From Vitrella brassicaformis CCMP3155 (lineage: Eukaryota > Protista > Chromerida): 64,000 nucleotides of DNA. Numbering within the stretch: position 1 is the stretch's first letter; each line of letters opens with the position of its first letter. Made by a program: the position numbers and the translations under genes. This document shows positions 38,776 through 55,658 of this stretch, piece by piece. The stretch is from positions 186,001-250,000 of the forward strand of contig CDMY01000499.1 of the NCBI GenBank assembly GCA_001179505.1. Direction: 5' to 3'. The notes beneath the pieces were generated by a model. The model was not told the DNA's origin. It ran no database searches and worked only from the letters and a program-made list of their open reading frames with translations.

Positions 38776-39349
38776 ATGCGGTGCCTCCCACTTGTGTCTT
38801 TGGCGTCGTTCGTCTCCTTCCTCAGCACAGCGGTGGGACTGAGCGACATGGGAGCCTTCGTGCCTTCACTGGGGATGGAGGAGGGTGCACCAAGACGGCG
38901 GCTGTCGCTGGCGAGACGGACGCACAGAACTGCTCTCACAATGGCAGAGGAGGGTGAGGAGATCACACCAACCTGCCAAATGAGGCATGGCGCACTGGCA
39001 CACGACAGCTCGTTGGGTGCTGGCATGTCTATTGATTCTCCCAGGTCGCTCGTCGACGCGCCCGAAGTCGGATGAAGAGGACCTCTTCCCCGAGGCGCCG
39101 CCCTCATCCCCACAGCAGAAGGACTCGCCGGCCACGCCCACGCCATCGTCGTCTTCCTTCACCCCCTACCCCTCCCCGCCCCCACTAGACGACGACAAGA
39201 AAAGCGACGACCGAGCCGACCCCCTCCGCACCATCTTCTACGTCATCATACCGCTCATCGGGCTCAGCGCACAGCTGTACTTCGCGCTCAGCCGCGACAG
39301 TCTGCCGCAGGAATACCTCGGGCCGGCCGTTATGGATTTGCTCATGTAG
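38776..39349 (+). CDS. Small plastid-targeted single-pass membrane protein
   Basis: Signal peptide MRCLPLVSLASFVSFLSTAVG, then AFVP motif and Arg-rich transit-like segment (RRRLSLARRTHRTALTMA). Intron 38954-39044 joins in frame. TM helix TIFYVIIPLIGLSAQLYFAL. Confidence 0.7.
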
Positions 39350-40162
39350 AGAGAGACAGGGCGGGAGGGAGGGCGGGCGGGAGGGGGTATTGCTGTGTGC
39401 ATGTGTGAGAGTGGGTCAAGAGAGAGTGTCCCAAAGGGACGACTTTTCGACGTGGCTTGACGTTCTCGTTGCCTGTGTGGTCCTGTCTCACTGATGGTCT
39501 CCCAACGCATCATGTGATTGGTGACACCACCGAATCGCCTGAAGCGTGGGGAGCGTTCTGGTGGGCGAGGCAGTGCCACACGGCAACTAGAGCTCGGCAA
39601 GCGTCGATCAGTGAGGAATCGACACACAACACACACACAGTCATTGAGTTTTGATGCTGCTGGGTCGGGGATGGTGGGGTAGATAGAGTGGGTTAGTTAG
39701 GACCACTGGCTGCGGTGCATTGGGTGTTTTGATGAGCATCTTTGCCGGACTCTCTCCCTTCATGGCTTCCTGTGTCCCCCGTCACTGAGTTCGTGAACCT
39801 TGCGGTGATCCTTACCTTTCGCTCCTTTGCAGCGAGCGACAGGCAGGGATGCGCCGTGGGGTGGCCGTACTGGAGCGGGGGAAGATGAGCTTTGGTGGGA
39901 GGAGAGACCAGCGGGACTTACGTCCAATTGCTTATGTCATGGGTGAGCTTCTCGAATGACCACACCAAGTGAGACATACATGCCGGTGTGAGGTTGGGCG
40001 ACGTTTTTGCGTGTCAGTCATGTCCATGGCTCATACACAAAGGACGCCTTCTTCATGAAACGATCGCGTTATTTCGGCTCGCAGTCGAGACGTTGCGGAT
40101 CTCTTGACTTTCCCTTCCTGCGTCAAACGCTCTCAGGAAGGCGCTCCGCGCCTCGTGGCCGT

Positions 40163-43372
<3,210 letters not shown>

Positions 43373-44175
43373 TGGACAGAGGAGGGGAGTGAGGGGCGAG
43401 AGGGGGGAGACAGACAGACAGACATCCGGGTGTCTGTTTACGTGGGCGGCCCGTGTGTGTAAATAGTGGATGTCGGTGTATTTGGTTGACGTCTAGGTAG
43501 GTGTTGTGTGTTCCCTGTGTGTGTGTGTGTGTTGCGTCCCTGTGCACAATAGTATAATTCGTTTGCAATTCGTGTGTGTGAGTTCAGGACGGAGGTAGAA
43601 CGAACTGTAGCCGTCGTCTGTGTGCCCATAGTGAATGGAGTGAATGAGAGTCCACCCACGATCGGCGCGAGCAATGCAAGCCAGAAACACAATCGCGACA
43701 CAACCGACCGACAACCGAAGGAGGTCTTTCCTCCGTCTTGCGTGTTAGATGTGTGTCTGTTTGTTTGTCCATGCTGATGGCCACCCCACGCAGCGAGTGA
43801 TGACGCTCACCCACCGTGCGGCATCACCATCGTCAAAGACAGCCACCACATCACACCACACAAGCCAAATCAACATCAGGAACACTTTAGGCCTCCCTCT
43901 GTCACGAGACATATCAACATCTTATCACATAGGTGGGTGATTCAGGGCCGGATGCATCGCGCCGTGCGATTCCTTCCGGCTCGCCAGTGCCGCCGTGGTC
44001 AGCCACGCACCTCACCCGCAACGAACGCATTGCCCGCTCGCAACGCAGTCATGACGGATGCAGTGTGTGATCAACTACGACGGCACGGAGGAACCAGGAA
44101 GAAACAAGCAGGCCTTATCTCGCACTCGCAATAGAACAGCACGAGACACCGACAGACAGGCTCTCCGTCTCATCC

Positions 44176-47100
44176 TTAGAGTCCGGATGCGGTCGGCTGT
44201 TTCTTCAGTGTGGTAACGTAGGCCAAGTGGTCGCGCATCCGCTGCACGTTCTCACACCGCACCCGCACATCCTCCACCAAATCAGTGAACACATCGAACC
44301 TGACACACACACACACACCGACAGACACACTTGGATCTGGATGCACCTCACCGGTCTGGCTGGTCTGACTGACCTTTTGATGGTGATTTTGTTCTCGACG
44401 GCTTCTCGGATGGCTGGCGGCTGCACCCCGACTTGGAAGGCGTAGACGGGGCAGTAGCCGTAGTTGCGCTCGACGTCGGCGTGGGTGATGTCGCCCTTGA
44501 CCACCGTTCCCACACCGCCGTGCACTATTGGAATGCGCATGGCGTACTCGCGCTGAGACCACACACACACACGCGTGTCGTGAGCCTCTGTGGTGTGTTT
44601 ATGTGTGTGTTGTGCGGACCTGCAATTGCTCGAATGTGTCCATGAAGACGTCAAAGGTGGACATGCTGTCGGTCTTGAGGATGACCGGCACCACCGGCGA
44701 GTTGACCGTCGGAATCGCAAAGGGCTCCTCGCCCTCCTCGCCCTCCCACCCCTCACCATCACCATCACCCCCGCCGTCGTTGCTGCCCTTGCTGCGACGG
44801 CCGTCTGCCCTGGCCAGCTCGTCCATGAGGATGGATTTCTCCTCTGGCTGGGCGAGGGGCGGCTCCCCGCGTCCCTTGCGGCGGAAGTTCTCGGTGGCGA
44901 TCTGCAGCTGCACCTCGCGGAACACCGCACGCTGCTTCTCAAGTTTCTACAACCGAGACAGAGACAGAGAGAGACAGAGACAGAGCGTGGGCGATGCATT
45001 GATTGACACCAACCTACCTACCTGGTCCCTGTTGCGCCGTCTCCACCTCTCCCTGAGCCGTTCGTTGTACAGCTCGGCCTCCTCGTGCCAGGTCTCACGG
45101 TCGGCATAGTACACCCATGGCACACCCAGCCGGTCGCCGCTCACACCCGCCGATGGTCCCGATGATCCCGATGATCCCGATGGGTTTGGCTGCCCCTCCG
45201 CCTCAGCTTTCGAGAAATCGGCCTCGTTGGCGCGCCGCTCGTCGTCGAGGAAGGTGCGGTACCTTGAGTAGAGGGCCTCGTCGTCGCCCTCGTCGAAGTA
45301 GTAGTGGTCCGTAAAGACCTTCTGAGCCTTCAGATCGGCGTCGGCATCATCCTGCTCGCGGTCATCGTCACCTTTTGTTTGCTCCTGTTGGTCTTGGTGT
45401 GGTGGTGGTGGTGGTGGTGGGACGTAGAAGGGCGGGTCTGATGCACGCGATGTCGTTGTTGTTGCTGCTGCTGCTGCTCGTCGTCTGGACCTGCGGCCGA
45501 CGGATGCCGGTGGGGGCGGGGGCGGGTCGGGGGGATCGATCTCGCCGGCTGGCGGGATATGGATGGATCCAATTCGGGTAGTGGTGGCGGCGGATGTTGA
45601 GAGACTGCACACACGCACAGATTGATGAGATGAATGAATCGCTTGCTGGGTCAGTGCAGTGCACCCGCTCTCTCCTTAAGGTACCTGTGCAGCTCCTCAG
45701 TGGACATGTATTGGTCGTCCCTCCCCCTCGGGCCCTTGTCGGCCCCCCTGCGTATCACCTCGAGACCCTCCAGTTCCTCCTCCTCCCAGCCCCCCTCGTC
45801 CCCAGCTGCTGCGTCGTCCCCATCCGCCTCGCCCTTCCTCTTGATGGCTGCCTTCATCTCGGCATCAAAGCCGATGGTGGCGTCCAGGGGCGACTCGAAC
45901 TCGTCACGCGTGGCCGTCGAGAAGATGCCGCCCACACCTACACGTCAATGTGAGCGGTCAGGAAGAGGGAGGGATGGAGGGAGGGTGGGTGGATGGTTGT
46001 GTGTGTGGTGGTGTGTACCAGGGGCATGTCCGTATTCCTCGATAGCTCTCCGCAGTTTGTGCGATGTCTTCCGATTCTCCATTCCCATGCTCACCTGTTC
46101 CCTGGTGTTATCGAGGGGGCTGTCCGACTGGAAGGGCATGGGCATCGGCGGCCCCCTCACCTGCACAGCCTGGGTCGCCTCAAGACGCTCACGATACTCA
46201 AACAAACGCCATGCCCTGACCAAACAGATACACAGACAGACCTCACTCTTGTGTGTATGTGTGTGTGTGTGTGTGTGTGTCGGGAGTGAGAGGGCCGGCC
46301 TGCCTGAGGTCTGGCAGCGTCATGAGTATGTCGTCGGGGGCACAGTCGCCGCCGAATGTCTTCATCTTGATGCCCTTGACACGCGCAGCCACGCCCACAC
46401 CGGCGACCCTGACAGACACATTTATTGAAAGATAGAGACATCGATCCACACAGCCACACCAACCACACGTGCAGGCGTCGCCACGACGCCCCGCCTCGCC
46501 CTGCCTCGCTGTTGCTGACTCATGACTCACTCGAGTGTGTCGAGTGTGCGGCCGAGGTCGTCTGTCTTGAGTTCGGCCACTTTGCCGATGGCCGACCCAC
46601 ACACAAACCAGTGCCCAACTTGCACCCGACCGTGGCGAACCAACACCGTCAGGATCACTCCCCTGCACACAAAGAGCATAGCATCAAGCGTGGTAGGGTG
46701 TGGTGTGTGGTTTGGTGTGGGGTGGGTCGTGATATGATTACTCAGGGTCGGTCTTTGTGACGTCTACGACGACCCCGACACCGTATGGCAGCACATGGGA
46801 GTCGATCAGGGAGAAGGTGCGCCGCCGGAACTTGGAGGCTATGCGGCTGCCGACTGACGTCACGTCACACAGCACAGCACAGACACACAAGTGAGAGGAG
46901 GGAGGGAGGGGAAGGGGGCAGGGCTTGGCTTGGCTGAGCTGACTGGCTGACCTACCTGGAGTGGTGCAGAGTGAGTTGACTGGGTTTACAGGAAGGGACA
47001 GGCCTGCCAGCCGGGCACTCAATGCCGCCAACAAATCCTGCACACACACACAGATCGATAAACACAGAGTCGCTCGCAAGCGGCACACTCTCTCTCTCTC

Positions 47101-48603
47101 TCTCTTTCTCTCTCTGTGTGTGTGTGTCTCTCTCCCTATGTGTGTGGTTGTTAACTCATCCATCCATCCATCGCACACACACGCAAGGACGGACGCACCT
47201 GTATGCCCTTCCCCGTGAGTGCCGATATGGGGACGGCCTCCCCCACCTCAGCGGAAAAGTCACGGGACACCGCACCGCCCTCATGCAACTCCTACACACA
47301 CACACACACACACTTGCAATTCTGTGTGCCTGCACTGCATTCATTGTGCCTGGGAGGGTGCAGGCAGGTCTTATTTACAGAGCATTGTCTCCGGAGCTCG
47401 GCCTTGACCAGCTCGACGTTGGTGAGCGGCAGGTCGATCTTGTTCAACGCAAACACAACCGGCACCTACAAAGCACAAACAAAGAGAGAGAGCGACAACC
47501 ACATAAATAAAGTTCCTTCCTCTCTCTCTGTCTCTCTGTGCAGCGCGACATGCGGAGGCATACACACACACCCACTTTGAATCTGTCGGCCTGTGTGATG
47601 ATCTCGCGCGTCTGCACCTCAGCCCCCCTCTCCACCGACACCACCAGCAGCGCCACGTCGGCCGTGGCCGTGGCCTGCCCACGCATTATCTCAAACACCT
47701 CGTGGCCCGGCGTGTCCAGAAATGTCAGCCTGTGGGTCGTCTGTTGCTGCTGCTGCTGCTGCTGCTCGTCGGTGAGGGTCACGGGCATGGGCATGGTGGT
47801 GGCTCGGATGCGCTGCGTGATGCTGCCTGGCTCGTGGGCGGCCGCACAAGTGCCTGGCATGCCACACACAGATACAGACACACACACGTAGAATGATGCG
47901 TTGAAGTGTTTGTGTTGCCTTCGAGGAGTGTGCTGCCAGCCACTTACCTTGTATGGTGTCGATGAGTGTGGTCTTGCCGTGGTTGATGTGTCCGAGCACG
48001 GCCACCACAGGGATGGCCTTCTCCGACTGGGGGAAGTCGTCACGCGTCTACAGCACAGCACACAGCACACAGACCAAGTCACGTCACGTCCGTCGTGTCA
48101 GTCAACTTGAGGCATCCGAGCTGTGTGTTGGTGTGTGTCAGCTGTGTGTGCACACTGTGGGATACATACCCAGTAAGGTTCGGGGTCGACCTTCCTCGGC
48201 CTGAAGTTGAACATCTCTGCCGCGTGCGCCGCCAACTCATACGGCACCGCCACCTTGGCCTTGCTCCTGCACACACACGACAGATAGGTACCCCATTGCA
48301 TGCCAGTGGACAGCCTCCACCACAGCTCAGCTTTGCTGCTTTGCTCACTCACACGGTCTCCCACTGCCTCCCCTGTGTGTCGTTCCAGAGGTATCGCCTT
48401 TGCACCAGCCGAACATTGCATGCCTTCATCATGCTGGCGGGCTCCATCTGCACCATGCGGCGCAGCTCCTTGACGTGCACATAGGGCGGCAGGAGCAGCA
48501 GCCGGCTCCTCTCGCGATGCCCGCCCTTGACGTTGTCCACCCACTGCTCGCGCCCTATCATCCGCCACTTCTTGCCAAACAACACACGGCTGGGCCTCAG
48601 CAT
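44176..48603 (-). CDS. Divergent organellar (likely mitochondrial) translation initiation factor IF2-like GTPase
   Basis: PVVAVLGHINHGKTT (G1), EPGSITQRIRA, LTFLDTPGHEVF (G3) and NKID (G4). Domain II: GVILTVLVRHGRVQVG. Domain III: VPVILKTD...IVHGGVGTVVKGDI...FDVFTDLVEDVR. N-terminus MLRPSRVLFGKKWR is presequence-like. Confidence 0.85.
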
Positions 48604-48855
48604 GATTCTGAGCACAGATCTATCGGGTTCAGGATCTATTCTTTCGACATCAGGAAGGGACTCTTGCGTCGGAAGAAGGCCTCCTCTCGGACCTGCGAGC
48701 TCAGCCCCATCTGGACACCACAAGCTCGCAAAATTGGATGCGCAGTTTTTTGGTGACCGTCTTCAGCAGGAGACTGTCTGCCTGACGGAGAGCCTCGAAG
48801 TTCTTCATCTTGATAGCCTTTTGCTTTCGTCCCATTCGTTTTGACGACTCGGCGA

Positions 48856-51800
48856 TGTCCGGCCCTCCCCCGCCCCCGTCAGGGCCGCCAAAGGGATCAG
48901 GGTGACCATGCCACACACTCACGCACACTCCCAAGGCCTTGTGTCACTTCTTTGGCCTGTCCGTGTGTCTGTGTGTCTGCGTGCCTGTCAGCAGGGATGG
49001 CGTGAAGCCCGCGATTTGGACGCCGTCTGGGCAGGTGCCCGTGACGACGAGGGAGACCACTCGGCGGACGCAGCGGGAGTCCACGCGGCAGGAGATATTT
49101 CGGAAGCTCACCCACGACTACAGGCGGGAACCTGGTGAGGGAGGGACTCAAGAATGACTGAAGAGTGACTCGCGAGACAACTCTCTGTCGCCTGGATGGC
49201 CACCTCTCCCTCCCCCTCCCTCTCTCTCTATGTGTGTGTGTGCAGGCGGGCTAGACCCCAATGACGTGTCGATGACCCTCGAGGAAGGTACCTAGGGAGA
49301 CGGGGGCGGCTGGGGGCGTGAGGCGTCAAATGAGTTTCCGCCTTTGTGCTGAGTGCGTGGCTGCGTGTCTGCAGAGACCAACCGGCTGTTCCCCGAGGCC
49401 ACGGACGCCAAGACCTACCGGAGAAAGATCGTGGAGGTGCTGCAGAAAATCAACGTACGAAAGGCTCTGTGTGCGTGAACACACAACCCGGCTGAAGTAG
49501 CACATGTGCAGGGATCTCTCTCTCTCTCTCTCTCTCCCTCCGGGCGTGTGTGTGATGGCCTGCCTGCAGGGCCACAAGAACCTGAACGTTCGTCGACACC
49601 TGATGGCCGGCACACTCGACGCCAACACGCTCATCACGTCCAAGGACTCGGTGAGCAGCGGGCGGGCGATTGAGTCTCTCCCACTAGTGACACTCATTCA
49701 CCCCTCTGTCGTATGTGTGTATGTGTATGTGTGTGGCTGCTCGCAGGACTTGAGTCGGTGGCGCAGCGAGCCGCCCCCCACAGGCAGTGCCCTGCGCGAG
49801 AGGGGCGAGTCGACTCTCTCACCGAAGGCGCCCCTACAGACCACTATGACGTCCACGCAGCCAGGCGCCTCCTCAGGTGCGCCAGCACGATGATGCCATC
49901 CAGCGATCGATTCAGTCACTGCATGAGGTAGTTTCTTTGTTTCTCTCTGTGTGTGTGCCTGCAGGTGGCGGGACCCCTGAGAGCCCGACGGTATCGCAGG
50001 GCAACGGGACGCCCAGCACGGCGGCCAACATGATCCCCCCGACCCACCTCAGGCCGCGCGCAGACGGGGTGCAGTCACACTCCACCGTCATTCAGCCGCC
50101 CGGTGAGTGAGCAAATGGGCAGGCATCTCACGCACACACACCCTTGACACACACACAAACCCTTCTCTCTCAGACAAAGCCGCCAACCCCCGTGTGTCGC
50201 TGCCCGAGAGCGAGTCGATGCCCACCTCCCCACAGATCAACATGGCCAAGCGCGACTCCATCACCATGAAGTCTGTCGGCATCATGTCGCCGTCCAAGGC
50301 CCCGTTCCCCGTCCCCGCCCCGCCCACCAACCCACACGCACACCGCCTCAGCATCAGCAGCCCCTCCATCAGAGACGCCCTCGCGGGCAGCGGGTTCGGA
50401 GGCGTCGGGCCGCTCTTGGCCAGTGCTGGTGCCGTTCCTGGTGGGCGCATTGACGAGAGCGACCCCGAGACACAGGCCGACAGGAAGGTGCGTCTCTGTG
50501 TGCGTGTGCGTGTGGCGTGCGTGACCGAGGCAACATCGGTGTGTGTGTGTGTGTTGTGTGTGCAGGTGTCGACACCGCCCCCTCCGTCGTATCCTGCTGC
50601 CTTTCACAACCAGCACCAGCAGTATCAGCAGCAACAGCAGCCGTATGGGTTTGCGACGACGGAGAAGTCTGTGAGCGCCGGCAGCTCGCCGCTGCCCAAG
50701 AGCGACGACAGGGATGAGTACACTGACGAAGAGGGGGGCGCTGGGGGAGCAGGTACAAACACACAACTCGACACACCAACACCCCACATGTCGTTCGCCC
50801 GTTCGTTCCTTCGTGTGTTGTGTTCGTGCAGTATACCACCCGGACCTCCAGCCGGACATGGTGCCCGACCAGGCCCCATCCCGTTCGCAGCCCACCCCGC
50901 CCAGCAGCACACAGCAAGAAGACAAGAGCGAGGGCGAGGAGGAGCCGTCGCCCCCGCCCCCACTCTCACCCACGCCGTCGCCCGCCCAGCACTACAGAGG
51001 CCGGGACACAGACACAGACAGAGACAGAGGCACTCTCGGGAGCCCTGAAGCACCGGCGACGCGAGATGGGGGCGACCAGTTGGGAGATGAGGCCGTTGAG
51101 GACGCCATCGTGGCTAGGGAGGGGCTGGGGGCAATGCGGCCACGGGGCGAGGCCGATGAGCGGTAGGCAGACACACACACGGCCAGTGGGTCATGCGCAC
51201 GTGTGTGTGAGTGGTGGTGTGTGTGTGTGTGTGTGTGTGTAGGTATGAGCATCACCAGGAGGTGGCCAGGGCGTTTCAGAACTTCTGGCGGTGGGCGGCC
51301 GACGAGCTGTCCAGGCGAGGCGCCAACGACAGCGACGGTGTGGAGGGCCCCAAGACGCTGGAGGAGCAGATCGAGGAGGCGCGCCACGCCATCGCACACA
51401 AGAAGGACGCACTCAAATGCATGCTCACACAACTACATGTACGCCGACCGCTTCGCTTCGCACACACAGCACACCAACACCAACACCAACACGCACACAC
51501 ACAAATCTCTCTCTGTGTGTCATGGTGTCGGTGTGATTAGTCATTGCGTGGCGCCTCATCGTCGATTGACGAGGCCGAGATGGACCGCGACACCCGGCCG
51601 GGCAGCGACATGGACAAGATCAAACAGGCCGCCGGGCTCGAAATACTCCAAATGAGACTCGTAAGCACACCGACACCCTCTTTACCCTCTGCCCCTACCT
51701 CCCCAAACATGTGTGCGTGTGGCCACCCGTCCCGTCCGTGTGCAGAGGATGAATGCGTTGGTTTCACGAGTTGAGGAGCTGGCTCACGGCCGCCAGGAGG

Positions 51801-52569
51801 ACAGTGACAACGCCGACATTGTCGAGAACCACAGGCGCATCAAGCGGCTCGAGGACGAGCTGAACACTATGCACCAGCAGATGGCCGAGAAAGAGAGGGT
51901 CAGTGCTGTGCTGTGCTGTTCTGGACACAGAATCGCGACTGTCACGTGTCTGTGTGTGTGTGTGTGTGTAGGAGGTTCGTGTGTTGAGTGAAGAGCTGAA
52001 GCGACTGCGTGAGACGGAAAGGGGCGAGATGAGCCCCTCTCGCGACCCTGCCCACAACCAGGCCCTCATCGATGACCAACAGAAGCAGATCCGGTGGAAG
52101 CCGTCCGTCTCACACACCAGCGAATCTCTAGAGACAAAGGCATGGATGCCTCTGTGTGTATCTGCGTGCATGGGCGTCATGTCAGTGACCTTCGCGAGTT
52201 GGTCCAGTCGATAACACGCAGCTCCAAGGAAGAGGTGGACCATCTCAGCGACGAGGCAAGCACCACGCCACACCACAGCCCCCCACACGCAGTCCTGACA
52301 CAACCGCAGACACACACACACACACGTCGGCCTGTGTATTGTGTCCAGATTAAGCGCCTGATGTCGGAGTGTGCACCCCTTCGCGAGCGGCGCGACCACC
52401 TGGAGGGCCGGTGCGCTCAGCTGGAGGCGCAGTTGGAGCAGGCCCGAGACGACGCCCACCAAGCCCGCATCCAGATGAGGGAGCGGGAGCAGCAAATCGA
52501 AACCCTCAAGATGGAAAACGCTAGACTAGTGGTCAGTGTAAGTGTGTAAGAGGAGCCAGCTGTGGTGCA

Positions 52570-52609
<40 letters not shown>

Positions 52610-55600
52610 TGTGTTGTCCTATGTGTGTGTCATGCAGACGTCGTTGAGCGAGGGTACGGTTGACGAGGGCACACGCACCGAGCTGGCCTGTCTGGAGGGC
52701 GCCAAGAGGGCGCTGGAGGAACAGCTTCAGGACAAGGAGGCTACCATACGGGTGAGCTGAGCTACTAACTGATGGGAAAGGGGCACCAACGAGAGATAAG
52801 TACTCATTCATGGTGACGTGTTGTGTCGTCTTGTGTCGTGTGCAGGAGTTGGAGTCCGAGCGCGGTCGTCTGACCGAGGGCATGGCATCGCTCGAGAAGC
52901 AGCTCGCCACGCAGCAAGAACTCATCAACAGCGTATGCACCTCACAAGATCCACACCGCCTCTGTCCTGATTCATGTGTGTGTGTGTGTGTGTGTGAATG
53001 CATTCCGCAGACCCCCACACTGATGGAGGCCTGCACAAGCCCCCTGTCGAGCCAGTCGCCGCTGATGCAGCCGGACCAGCCACCGCGCCCCAGTTCGCCC
53101 ACGTACGAGAATGAGCGTCTGCTGGCGATGGGGCGCATCGAGCGGCTGCAGGCGATGCTGCTGGAGAAGGAGGAGAGGTACGGGGAGCTGCTGCTGCAGC
53201 TAAGGGCCGCTGAGGAGAGGGAGCAGGCACTGATGGACCAGATGGACAAGATGGGACAGGAGGTAGGTGGGTTGGCGAGGGAGCGTAAGCCGGCACTTAC
53301 TTACTTCATCGGTCTCTGCCTGTCTGTCTGCCTGTGCGTGCAGATGTCAGGCATTGCTTCGGCGGGCGGCATGTTGGCCACTTTGGATGAGGACCTCACG
53401 GCCGTCGAAGGGTTCGCACCCGACCAGCAGATGAACGCTCAGCTCGCAGACGCCAAGCGAGAGGTACACCACGCACACACACACACATGCACCCACACCA
53501 CAAGGGCAGGCCATGCTCACATCCTTTGATCCATCCCTCTATCTGTCATCAGGCGTCAGACGTGCAGCAGCAGCTGATGAGGCTCACACAGTTGCTCTCG
53601 GACCGTGACACCGAGATCGGCCGGCTCAACAACGCCCTCTCGGACAGGGCCACCCCACACCCAGCTACAGCCACAGCAGCCGCACCCTCACCGAAGCACG
53701 ACATCACAGCCGCCCCACCACCAGCAGCAGCAGCACCAGCCGCTGCAGCAGCAGCCACGCCAGCAGCGGCACCGTATTCGACGTTCGCTCTGCGGCAGCC
53801 CGATGTGTCACCCCCTGGCCAGACGTCCCCTGACGTCAGCAGGCCCGTCCCCGCCCTATCCATGCCGTCACCCGCTGCTGGCGGGCTCGACACTGTGATG
53901 GATCACGCCAAGGCTGCCATGGTGTCAGTTCCCCCACCCCAGCAGCAGCACCAGCAGCAGCAGCAGCAACAGCAGGCGCCTATTGTCCCGCCGCAAGCAC
54001 CGCCGTCTCCCCCTGCAAAGGGCGTGGAGGGTCTTTTTGACGACAGTGGCGAGAGGGGAGTCGACCTGTTCGGACCCGAAGTGACGCAGCGCAGCGCGCA
54101 CGACGACCGGATGACAATGACAGCTGTCAACCCCCCACTGCAGCTATCGTCGCCGCCCGCAAGGCCTGGCGGAGTGGAGGCCCTCTTCGCTGAGCGGTCG
54201 GTAGAGGAGGCCTTCCCGGTCCCCCCACCCGTGCAGCAGCAAGTGCAGCAGGCCGCCGCGGCGCCCTTCCTGGTCGAGCAACAGGGCGGCTCGCCGGTCC
54301 TCAGCACCACCACTACTCCCGCGGCCATCACTGTAACGAGCCCTGAAGTGGCCGCTCAGCGACAGCAGGAGCCTGCAGCAGAGACGGCCGAGCAGAAACG
54401 CGCAACTGTGAGCGACTTCTTTGAGCCTGAGGGCGAGCGCGGTGGCGGCGCCAATGGGTGGATCGACATCGAGCCGGACGAGTTTGAGGGCTATCCACAG
54501 GGCGGGCACCTCGCCATCAGCCAGGGCGCCCTCAAGAGCGAATCGAGCTCCCCACCAGTCAACTTCACCATGTCGAGACCCACGCTGAGCGGCCTCAGCC
54601 CGCCGCTTCCGCCATCCGAGGTGACCGGCGAGGAGAGGGAGCCGGAGGGCGGAAGGGGCCAGGGAGGGCCGGGCATGACGCTTGCTGTGGAGGAGACCAG
54701 GGCCGAGGAGAGGGAGGTGGCGGCCCCGGCTGTCGTCACCCCGCCACCCCTGCCCCCGGCAATCGCTCAGATGTCTCCCGATCGCACTGTGGGTGACCTC
54801 TTCGGCGGACCCCCACCAGACCACGGCAAGGCAATCGGAGCGCCAGGCGATGAGGTGCCCGTGACGGCCATGGCGCCCCAGCCGAGCCTCCCTCTGCTGA
54901 ACGGCACCACGGGGGTTGAAGGCGGCCACCCCGAGCAGACGGGCCAGGGGGAGAGGGAGAGGGCCAAGGTGGATGACCTGTTCGGCATGGAGGCCGGCGG
55001 TGAGGACATGGAGGCGTCAGGGTGGGACGTCGGCCACGACGAGTTCGCGCTCCCGGCGACCGACAAGCCTGCCTCGCCTGCAAAGGACATTGTCCGCGGT
55101 GCTGGCGAGGAGGAGGAGGGACCCCGTTCGCCCATCCCCAACAATCTGTTCGGTGACAACACGGGCGGCGTGTCCGATTGGCTGCAGGAGCTCGAGAGCG
55201 GCGGCAAAGGAAGCGCGGCAGCCAACAATGACGAGGAGGACTGGATGCATGGCGGGGGCGTCGGGGGCGGCTGGGATTTCAACATCGGCACGACATTCGG
55301 AAACGACCTCCAGCAGCACCAGCAGCAGCAGGACCAGCCCATGGCAGCGAGCCCCGTACTGTCCCCTCCCCCTCCGGCACAGCCAACCGCCACCACCATG
55401 GCCACCATGTGGGGCCAACACCCGCAGCCATCCGCTGCGATCCCTGCTCCCGCACCAGTGACCCATGCGGCCGTGCCCCAGCCGACGTCTGACATGGATT
55501 TCTTCGCATCGATGGGTCTGGTCAATGGTGAGGATTCGCGGCCGGCCTCGTCTCACCCATCGCCGCAGACGGTCCCGTGGGGGGCGCCCATGACGGCCAG

Positions 55601-55658
55601 CACAGGCAGCGAAAAGGGCAGTGGAGGCAAGAAGGACCTCGGCTCACTCTTCGGCTAG
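48856..55658 (+). CDS. TFIIS-central-domain-like N-terminus + long coiled coil + disordered tail with acidic-aromatic motifs
   Basis: Spliced N-terminus RQEIFRKL...SMTLEE/ETNRLF..KTYRRKIVEVLQKIN/GHKNLNVRRHLMAGTLDANTLI resembles TFIIS_M. Heptad-rich exons at 51750-53640. The 723-aa ORF 53487-55658 ends DLGSLFG*. Confidence 0.65.
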
